A stretch of 64,000 bases of DNA. It comes from a virus. Numbering within the stretch: the first letter of the stretch is position 1; every line of letters begins with the position of its first letter. Made by a program: the position numbers and the translations under genes. Shown in pieces: positions 44,511-53,100 of this stretch. The stretch covers positions 1 to 64,000 of IMG/VR virus record IMGVR_UViG_3300021960_006131. The stretch is one strand, 5' to 3'. Below the pieces are notes generated by a model, which saw only the letters and a list, made by a program, of their open reading frames with translations, made no database searches and had not been told where the DNA came from.

Positions 44511-45079
44511 CGCCAATGTGGGCCTTCCACCCATGTTACTAAACTGTGTCTAGTGCCACTAGTTACTGGTGTGACTCTGTGCCTGTGAAAACTTGGAAAT
44601 ACTATCACTGATCCTTTGCTAAATGCTTCTGAAGGTAACTGCGGTAATATTGTATCAAATTGAAACTCACCACCTTCGTATTCTGATGGGTCTGTTAATT
44701 GAAATACTAAACTTAATTTTCTATGAAAAGATCTACTTTCTGCCCAATCTACATCGTGATGCCAATCGTACTTGCCTGGATTTTCAGGATTTCCTTCGTA
44801 CTTTGTAAACTGTATTTCGTTTACATAACGCAAGTCCAGATCAAAAGAATCTCTGTTTGCCTGATTGGCATAATACCATATTTCGTCTACTATTGCTTTT
44901 TCTGATTTAGGATTAAGCCAACGTATTTCGCTTTTACGATATGATTCATCATGCTTACTTTCTTCAAATCCTATTACAGCCTCACGTGGCTCATAGTTTT
45001 CTGTTGCGTAATTTACTATGTAATCGCACCAGCCTGGGTCTAATGCTTGATTAAAATATAGCCAATAGTCTCCTTTCAT
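44507..45079 (-). CDS. 2OG-Fe(II) oxygenase (PKHD/prolyl-hydroxylase-like)
   Basis: 'YDWHHD', 'RKLS...QL....YEGGEF', 'FPSF..HRVTPVTSGTRHSLVTW'. Confidence 0.9.
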   Translation of the reverse strand: MKGDYWLYFNQALDPGWCDYIVNYATENYEPREAVIGFEESKHDESYRKSEIRWLNPKSEKAIVDEIWYYANQANRDSFDLDLRYVNEIQFTKYEGNPENPGKYDWHHDVDWAESRSFHRKLSLVFQLTDPSEYEGGEFQFDTILPQLPSEAFSKGSVIVFPSFHRHRVTPVTSGTRHSLVTWVEGPHWR

Positions 45080-45084
45080 ACTAT

Positions 45085-45091
45085 TAGTTAT
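45085..45091 (-). promoter_or_regulatory. late-type promoter variant ATAACTA, 5 nt before ATG
   Basis: ATAACTA-ATAGT-ATG(45079); same geometry at 33260-33254 before ATG 33248. Confidence 0.5.
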
Positions 45092-45115
45092 CTTGATTGA
45101 GGGGGAATTTTGTAA

Positions 45116-47278
45116 TTATTTGACGCCAATAACAACTTCGACTATGTCATCATCAAATGTTTCTTTGTCTTCTAATGCTCTACCAATTATGCATCGCATG
45201 TCGTATTCGTTTTTCATTAATGCTTTTGCAAATCCTGGTTTACTGCCACTTACAAGTCTTTCGCCTTTCTTAATACGTCCTTCAACTTTAACAGGTACTC
45301 TACCTGTAAGTGCTATTGCAACGCCTTCTGCTTCTGAGTTCATTAAGTATGCTGGATTAGTACTTACAACACCAAAAACTTCTGGATCATTAAATGAAGT
45401 TGTTTGTGTGACTTCTGCACTACCGCCTAACTTCACAACTGTACCTGGCTCGTAGTCTGCATCTGCCGAATATATCTCAGCCAAGTCAGCATACCTTGCC
45501 GATGTTGCTTCACCATAAAAAGTTCCAAATGATGCACTTGCTGAACCAAGATTTAGTGTATCTGAAGTTGGCACTATGTCAGTATCAACTTTACCAATAA
45601 ACGAAATTGTGTCTGTATTAGAATTACCTAAATTAACATCACCGTTTAAATCTGTTCTACCGTTAAGATCTGTTACGCCATCAACCTGTAATGTGCCACT
45701 TAGATCTGCATTCACACCAACAAAGTCACTCGTTGTTATAATGTTTTCGCCAACATATAGTTTCTTTTCAATTACTGCACCACCATCCAAATATAAAGGT
45801 GCTGTAGTATCTGATGTGCTTGCCGGATTGGTTGTGTTTGTAAGTCTTAACTTTCCAGCAAAGGTCATATCACCCGAAGCATTAATATTGTTAGTGTATA
45901 AATTATTCCAATACCTTGTATTAGAACCTAAGTTATATGTTGTGGTTGCATCTGGAATAATATTTGTTGTGATTTCACCATTAATTGCAATGTTGTCTGC
46001 ACTAGCATCACCTAATATAACAGAACCATTTAATGTTGTTGTTCCAGTATTTGTAATACTACCAAATGATCCACTGCCTGTAAATATTGCTGTGGTGCCT
46101 TTTATTATAGTGCCGTCAATATTACCTGTGATCGCCGCTCCGCCGGATACTGCTAAACTACCTGAACTAATTGCTCCAGTGGCAATAACATTACCAATGT
46201 TAATATTACCTGAACCACCTTGATAGTTTGAAACTCTAATTGTGTTTACAGTTGCATCGCCAATGTTAGATGTTGTTATAGGAAATGATGTAGTACCTAT
46301 TCTTGTTGTAACATTTGCCGAAGTTGCTCTAACTTCTGCTGTTCCGCCAGTTTGCCCTAAAGATACTGTACCGTTAATATAAATGTTTTGCCATCTGTTT
46401 GTGCTACTACCTAAGTCATATGTATCACCTGCATCAGGAATAATATCACTTGATGTAGTAACAATAGATGTTATAGCAACATTACTAGCACCAATAACTA
46501 AGTTACCAGTTATACCATCAGATCTATAAGATCTGTCTGCTAATGCAATTGACGTATTAGAATACTCTTGTCTTAAGTTCATACCTGGTTTAATTTCAAT
46601 ACCAATACCGTCTGCTTCTGCTAATTGATCATACCAATTAAACGTATCACCGTGTGACGAGCCTGCTGTGTCTTTTGCAGTAAATGTAGCATGGTCACTG
46701 AATATAGCCATAACGGTTTCACCGCCTGGTCTAGTTGTACTTGACTCACCGTCATTGACGTAAACTAAGGCACTGACTGCCCTAGGTATATCACCGTTGT
46801 CTGTTAAGAAAATATTTCTAAGTTTTGTACCATATGCACTAGGTGTATTTAAATTACCAAAACTGGAATATTCATTTGAAACTTCACCTGCATAACTTGA
46901 ATCTTTATAACTAACACCATCGTGAATTTTTAATTTATCATCTGTGGTGTCATAATACATTGCACCCGCTGTTAATCCATCAACTGGTGGCGTTGCTTGA
47001 ACAACTGGTGAAACTCTTGTCCATGTTGTTGTTGAGTCTTTGTAAACTCTTAAAACTTTTTCTGTGGTGTCATACCAAATTTGACCTACTAATGTGGTGT
47101 TTGGTTCAGGTGCAATAGGACTTGCAAAATTTTCTAAATGTCTTAAACTGTTTTCTGCAAATACTTGACCATAGTTAGTAACATTTTTACCAACTAATTT
47201 TAAACTGAAAGCATTATTAATTGTACCGTCTTCAATTGTATAACTGACTCCTGTACTTGATGTTATTGTATATGCCAT
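45116..47278 (-). CDS. tail fibre/spike-like protein with C-terminal chaperone-like domain
   Basis: N-terminal 'LVGKNVTNYGQ...LENFAS...GQIWYD'; beta-rich Gly/Thr core with 'YDLGSSTNRW' repeats; C-terminal 'YADLAEIY...GVVST.PAYLMN...GRVPVKV'. Confidence 0.8.
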   Translation of the reverse strand: MAYTITSSTGVSYTIEDGTINNAFSLKLVGKNVTNYGQVFAENSLRHLENFASPIAPEPNTTLVGQIWYDTTEKVLRVYKDSTTTWTRVSPVVQATPPVDGLTAGAMYYDTTDDKLKIHDGVSYKDSSYAGEVSNEYSSFGNLNTPSAYGTKLRNIFLTDNGDIPRAVSALVYVNDGESSTTRPGGETVMAIFSDHATFTAKDTAGSSHGDTFNWYDQLAEADGIGIEIKPGMNLRQEYSNTSIALADRSYRSDGITGNLVIGASNVAITSIVTTSSDIIPDAGDTYDLGSSTNRWQNIYINGTVSLGQTGGTAEVRATSANVTTRIGTTSFPITTSNIGDATVNTIRVSNYQGGSGNINIGNVIATGAISSGSLAVSGGAAITGNIDGTIIKGTTAIFTGSGSFGSITNTGTTTLNGSVILGDASADNIAINGEITTNIIPDATTTYNLGSNTRYWNNLYTNNINASGDMTFAGKLRLTNTTNPASTSDTTAPLYLDGGAVIEKKLYVGENIITTSDFVGVNADLSGTLQVDGVTDLNGRTDLNGDVNLGNSNTDTISFIGKVDTDIVPTSDTLNLGSASASFGTFYGEATSARYADLAEIYSADADYEPGTVVKLGGSAEVTQTTSFNDPEVFGVVSTNPAYLMNSEAEGVAIALTGRVPVKVEGRIKKGERLVSGSKPGFAKALMKNEYDMRCIIGRALEDKETFDDDIVEVVIGVK

Positions 47279-49377
47279 TATTTAACTAAAGCCTCCACTG
47301 TTCCAGCACCTTCATTTGGTTTGTCCGTAATTGCTATACCTATACAACTAGGTCCATTTACGTTCATGTTGTTTTCTGCCGCTTCGGCATGGCCTGGTGT
47401 GGCACTATGTACTAGCACATCACCTTTTGAAACTGCTCCTACTACTTTTACTGGTACTCTACCTTTAAGTGCAACCGCTGTTACATGGTCGCCTTGTAAT
47501 TCTGAATTCATTAAATATGCAGGGTTGTGTGATACTACTCCTGCTATTGACGGACTTGCTTTTACATCTGAAGTTGTTACTTCAGCATCACCGCCAAATA
47601 CTAAAACTGTTCCTTCCTCATACTCTGTATCTGCCAAATATAACTCAGCCAAGTCAGCATATTGAGCCTGTGTGGCTGTTCCATTAAATGTATTTGCATA
47701 CATTGTTCCATATCTAACACTACTTGAACCAATGTTGTAAGTTCCTGATGGACCTGTTGCATATATATTTTGTGTTGTAATATCACTACTTGAAATTGCA
47801 TTTACAACTCTGGCATCTGTGAAGTATAAATTTGTGCCTTCACTTAAATTTGTTGTGCTAAATGCACTCATGTTTACTGCAATATCGTTTGCATTTACAG
47901 TAATACCTGTTCCTGCGCCTACATTAAGTGTGACTGCACCTGAAGTGCCACCACCTGTAAGACCATTTCCAGCACCTACGCTCTCAATATCCCCTGCATC
48001 ATTAGTGAAACTAAATGTACCAGTTGAACTATCATAACTTAAATCACCACCTGCACTAAACATTGCTCTTATTTCAGATTGGTCGGCTGTAATGGCACCA
48101 GTTCCACTATTATAATTAACACCACTGCTACCGCTTAATAATGCTCTGATTTCTGACGTATCTGCTGTTATGGCACCTGTTGTGCTATTATAATTTACGC
48201 CACTGCTACCGCTTAAATGTGCTCTTACTTCACTGGCACTTGGGCCGGTATATGTAAATACGCCATTACTATATGTTAGGCTTCCGTCGCCGCCACTGTC
48301 AGTTACTGAAAACTTGCCCCTAATAGTTGCATCGGATATACTAAACTGTCCACCTGAATATGTTGTGTTAGTACCTGCTGAAAAATGTGCTCTTACTTCA
48401 CTGGTGCTTGGGCCTGTATAAGTAAATACACCAGCACCATTGTATGCAAATGATCCGTCACCACCGGCATCTGTGGCACTAAAGAATCCTTCAATTTCTG
48501 ATTCTGTATAAATTTTTTCGTAAGTTGACCCGTCTCTGGTTACTTCCCAGTAGTCTCCACTTTCGTTCCATCTTAATTGAACATTAGTTGATGTTCCTCT
48601 TTCAACTTCAATACCTGCATTTGCACTTGGAGTACCTGCTTCATTATTGTTAAGAACAATTAAATTATCGTCAACTGTTAAAGTTTCTGTATTTAAAATT
48701 GTTTGCGTACCATTAACAGTTAAATTACCGTCTATTGTTGCATTGTTGAAGGTTACATCTGATGTTGTTTCTACTGCTTGTCCTATAGCAATGACTCCGC
48801 TACCTGAATTATAAGTAACTCCTGTGCCACCACTAAAATGTGCTCTTACTTCTGCGGCACTTGGACCGGTGTATGTAAATACACCTGTACTTGAATCGTA
48901 TGCAAATGAACCGTCACCACCTGTATCTACATGTGATACCTTGCTTCTTATAGTTAAATCACTTAATACTTCTTTCCATTGATTACTGTGATATATTTTT
49001 AAATCACCGGTACCTGTTGTAGAGTCAAAAAACATTTCTCCTGCTTCTACTGAACTACCTCTACTACTTGTAGGTGTCGACGTACCGCTTTTTGGTCTAT
49101 ATGCTAATTCTTCAAATTGTTCTGTATCATTTTTATAAACAGTTAAGTGATTACCTGTTTTATCAAACCAAAGTTGTCCAACTAATTTTACACCAGGATT
49201 TGGTGCTGTTGTACTTGCAAAATTTTCTAATTGTCTGATTGAATTTTGTGCAATAATTTGGCCATAGTTGGTTACATTTTTACCTATTAATGTCACGGAA
49301 TAGTTAGTTTGGTCAAGTTGGTTATCGTTGACCGTAATCTCTCTATCGCCTTGAGTGTTTGAAAATACTATCGCCAT
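47278..49377 (-). CDS. tail fibre-like protein, paralog of 45116-47278, with internal repeats
   Basis: Same N- and C-terminal modules; 'GIEVERG' motif; repeats GGDGS..Y...GVFTYTGPS..EVRAH. Confidence 0.8.
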   Translation of the reverse strand: MAIVFSNTQGDREITVNDNQLDQTNYSVTLIGKNVTNYGQIIAQNSIRQLENFASTTAPNPGVKLVGQLWFDKTGNHLTVYKNDTEQFEELAYRPKSGTSTPTSSRGSSVEAGEMFFDSTTGTGDLKIYHSNQWKEVLSDLTIRSKVSHVDTGGDGSFAYDSSTGVFTYTGPSAAEVRAHFSGGTGVTYNSGSGVIAIGQAVETTSDVTFNNATIDGNLTVNGTQTILNTETLTVDDNLIVLNNNEAGTPSANAGIEVERGTSTNVQLRWNESGDYWEVTRDGSTYEKIYTESEIEGFFSATDAGGDGSFAYNGAGVFTYTGPSTSEVRAHFSAGTNTTYSGGQFSISDATIRGKFSVTDSGGDGSLTYSNGVFTYTGPSASEVRAHLSGSSGVNYNSTTGAITADTSEIRALLSGSSGVNYNSGTGAITADQSEIRAMFSAGGDLSYDSSTGTFSFTNDAGDIESVGAGNGLTGGGTSGAVTLNVGAGTGITVNANDIAVNMSAFSTTNLSEGTNLYFTDARVVNAISSSDITTQNIYATGPSGTYNIGSSSVRYGTMYANTFNGTATQAQYADLAELYLADTEYEEGTVLVFGGDAEVTTSDVKASPSIAGVVSHNPAYLMNSELQGDHVTAVALKGRVPVKVVGAVSKGDVLVHSATPGHAEAAENNMNVNGPSCIGIAITDKPNEGAGTVEALVK
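48060..48925 (-). repeat. intragenic repeats in fibre gene
   Basis: AAATGTGCTCTTACTTCACTGG exact at 48215 and 48383 (17-nt copy at 48836); CCACTGCTACCGCTTAA at 48122 and 48200 (78-bp period). Confidence 0.85.
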
Positions 49378-49387
49378 ATTTGTCCTA

Positions 49388-50065
49388 TTATGTCATCTGA
49401 ATTCTTAAAGTATAAACTACTTCAATAATTCTATTAAAAGATTTTTGTACTGGATGAAACACCACATGTGTAAGTAACTCTGAACTACTACTTGCTGTCG
49501 TGGCATTATCCCCTGCTGTAAATGTCATTAATCCTAATTCGTCAAAGATGTAATCACCTTCGTTAGTAGCACTGGTATCAAAGTTATCTTGTCCTGAAGG
49601 TTCATTTAAGCCTAATGTACAAGTTACTTTTAAGTCTGTAAAACCAGCACCTTCAATTACTTCTATTTTGTTATTTGTTTTGTCAGTGTTTGCTTCTGTA
49701 TCACTAACAACTTTTGCATAAGTTTTTCTGTATAAAGTAGCATCAGTTTCTCTTGTTTCACTGGTATTTGTACTTTTATATAAAACTTTACCTGCACTAT
49801 CTACACTAGAAGCACCGTTACCAAATGCCATAAAATGCACATAATCATTTGGTGCTACACCAGTTGAAGCACTGGTTCCTTTACCAATTGAGTTTGCTAT
49901 TAAATATCCTAAGTTTCCATAATGAATAGCATTTCTTTTATTAACTATTTCCTCACCGGATTCTTTATCTCTGATTAAGATATGACCAGATATGTTAAAG
50001 CCAATAGTTGCATCTACTTGCTCTGTATTTGATTTATTTTCGTTTGTTGCGGTTTCTTCTTTCAT
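49388..50065 (-). CDS. probable baseplate/fibre-attachment structural protein
   Basis: 'MAFGNG', 'FDELGL', 'THVVFHPVQKS.NR.IEVVYTLRI'; lies between fibre genes and the giant structural gene. Confidence 0.6.
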   Translation of the reverse strand: MKEETATNENKSNTEQVDATIGFNISGHILIRDKESGEEIVNKRNAIHYGNLGYLIANSIGKGTSASTGVAPNDYVHFMAFGNGASSVDSAGKVLYKSTNTSETRETDATLYRKTYAKVVSDTEANTDKTNNKIEVIEGAGFTDLKVTCTLGLNEPSGQDNFDTSATNEGDYIFDELGLMTFTAGDNATTASSSSELLTHVVFHPVQKSFNRIIEVVYTLRIQMT

Positions 50066-50070
50066 ATAGG

Positions 50071-50077
50071 TATTTAT
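50071..50077 (-). promoter_or_regulatory. late-type promoter ATAAATA, 5 nt before ATG
   Basis: GATAAATA-CCTAT-ATG(50065); no SD. Confidence 0.6.
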
Positions 50078-50104
50078 CTCTTTTTTAAACTACTGCTATA
50101 ATTA

Positions 50105-53100
50105 TTAGTCAAAGTAGGACCCTGGCCCTGCCTGTATAAATTGTGCTATTGGTGTAACTGCATTTGACAATGACATACCTGCACTATTCCATGTTGTAAA
50201 TTCTGGATCTGCTGGATTTCCAAAAGCAAAAGCACCTGAGTTTATGTTGTTTGTTTCTGTAGCATCATACACTTTTTCACCAATTGTATGTGCCTCTGCA
50301 GATGTTCCATTTGTACCTCTTGTAACACCTGTTAAAGTATTACCATTGATTTCTTCAAATGTTATTCTTTCATCTCCTATAAACACCGCTGTTGCTGGAC
50401 TTCCAGTATATGGTGGTGTAATAACACTAGCATCTGCAAGTTGTATTGTTAAACTTTCAGCAGTAATATTTGCAGTCAATGTAGTTTTATTACTGTCATT
50501 TAATCTGATATATTCAGTTTTACCGTTCATACCAACAAATATTTTATATGATACATTTGCAAAACCACCAGTACCGTTTGTTTGAACATTAAGTTGTAAA
50601 CCTTCTAATGGCTGGAATACTGCATGTTCTGGTGGTATATTTGGACCAGTTAATCCTGTGAAGAATGTACTACTATCAAAACCTTGATATGTAAGAGTAT
50701 CTCTTATTAATTGACTTTGAACTGCTGTATTAACAGTATAGTTATTTACTACCTGTTGGGAATCAAACCCTGCACTATCAAAACCAAATAAATCATAGCC
50801 AAGTCCTGTGGACATTACTTCTTTACCAATACTATCAAAATATGCTTTAGCAAATAGATTTGCGTCAAGTTCTTCACCAAAGAAGTCTGCGTATGCTAAT
50901 GTTCTCAGTGTTGCATCTCTTGTTGCAATAAATCCTGCTATGATATCACTTGAATATGTTGTTGTGTCTGCAATCTTGTCTGTGAGGTCAGTAATGACTG
51001 TGTTATATTTAAATACTCTTTCAATGTGGTTAATAGGTGTTGCATTACTACTTGCATTGCTTAACTGTGCCATTCTTTCTGCACTTGTATTAGACTGTGG
51101 TTGACCGTATCCTGATGCCATTGTTACTGTGCCATTATTATTAATTGGTAAAATCTCACTTGCTGTTCTATCAAAGAACATTTTTTCTGTAATAGTTCTA
51201 ATCTTAGTTGAATTATTACTGTAGTTGTTTGTCCAGTTGACATAGTCGTCATTTTGTGTTAAAATTAATGCGTCACTGCTATTACCATCGTCTAGTATTC
51301 TAGACTCTACTGATAAGTCTGGTTGATACGGTGGTCTATCAAAATCTGTTGCAAAAGATTTCAGAGAATCTATACTGATCTTTCTATCTTCAAAATCTCT
51401 TAACTTACTTGTATATGGTTTATAGTTTTTAATACTTTTTACAACACTATCAAATGCATCAATTTTTGTTGAAGCAATTTGATTTAAGTTTTCTGCACTT
51501 TGTCTAATATTAAAGTATGTGGTTTTAAAACACCATTCTGTTTGATACTGTTCGCTGAGTACATAATTTAACATCGAGAAAAACAGTTTGTTTTCTAAAT
51601 TTGTATTTTTAAATATATTGTTTTTAATTGCAAATAGCAGTTGTCTCAATTCAGTAGTTAAGCCTGGATTAATTGTGCCAAATACTTCGTCTTTTAACTT
51701 CATTGTGCCTTTTACAATTTTAACAAGTTTATAATCATTTTTTACTGATTCATATTCATAGAACTTATCTGGATTATCGCCAATGCCTTCTAGTCTCACA
51801 AATGTACCATCTGATATATCAGTAAGTCCTCTCATCTGCTTGATTGATTTTACAGTTGCTCTTGCTTTAATAGAATTAGTGTTATAGCCTGTTTCTACCC
51901 AATCAATTAATTCATAATATGTATTAGTAGCAACTGTGGCATTCCAATTAGAATAAAAATCATCTGTTAGTTTGATTTTTTGCATTTCTTTATTAATAAA
52001 GTATACTAACTCTCTTCTAGCATTAGCAGGTTTTGTAAACATACTTTGTCTAGGTCTAATTGATATACCGTATCTTTCAAATTTATTTAGATACGGATCT
52101 GGTACAACTTTACCTAATACATCTTCCTCTACTAAACTATCTACTAATTTATTAAACAGTTCTGCAGGTATTGAATCAGATATATTATTTTCACCTATTA
52201 ATAAGTAAGATTCATGTTTATTAGTATATCTACTATCTGTTCTTCTAAAGTTTACCTGGAATACACCTTGATCATCTGTGAGATATCCTTTAACATTGTT
52301 TAACACTATTGAATTATTAGATATAGCACCAAAGGTTGGAATATTCTGTAGTTTAGGTGATTCGATCAATTGACTTATGCTCGAGGCACTTGCTGATCTA
52401 TTTGCTACATTAGGTACATCTTGAATATCTTTAACCCAATAATAGTACACATTATTATATAAACCTGTTACACTATTAAATCTTTGATCAATTAAATACT
52501 TTTCAACATCTAAAGGTGTGCCCTTTCCACTATATTCTATTGGTGTTTCAGTGGACTCTATCCACTCATACACATCAAATTTTGAACCATCCATGTAAGA
52601 CGCCCAGTATTTTCTTCTATAATCATTATCTGATTGCTCATACCAACGAACACGCATACTTGAAGTATTCCACCATAGTTCGCCTACATTATGTTTGCTA
52701 AAGTTACTACTGTCATCGCCATAATACACAGGATCGCTTTCTGAAATATATGTCAAGTTCCTTTCAACTTCAGGCATGAATACATTTTTGAATGGATCAT
52801 TTAGATAAACATCTGTAATTCGTTGACCTGTTATATTATCGTATACCAGTGCTGATTTTATTTTACTGCTATCAACTAAATTATCTTTTCTGTATACCAC
52901 TTTGCCATTTTCTAAATATGCCCATCCATTAGCATCATAATTGTCAACCCATACTTTAGGCATTAATGATTGTACATCATACTTACTATGTACTCTTGCT
53001 GATTTTAAATATAGTACATCAAGTTCTGTTTGCATTTTTTCTGTAACTAACGGGCCGCCATTTATCCTATTTAGATCGTAACTGAAAACATTACCAAAGT

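Noticed and set aside
16183-45079. Bacterial capsule/LPS locus or eukaryotic giant-virus origin
   Set aside because: No flippase, polymerase or export genes; the flanks are phage tail and replication genes with SD sites, sigma70 promoters and T4-late-like boxes.
45576-46223. Long opposite-strand ORFs in the track (e.g. 45576-46223, 55029-55547, 38157-38558, 35470-35802)
   Set aside because: They lie fully antisense to well-supported genes, with no RBS or motifs; they are shadows of codon bias.
48060-48925. Direct repeats as a CRISPR array or DGR template/variable pair
   Set aside because: They are in-frame protein repeats with irregular spacing and synonymous differences; no cas or reverse transcriptase gene is in the window.
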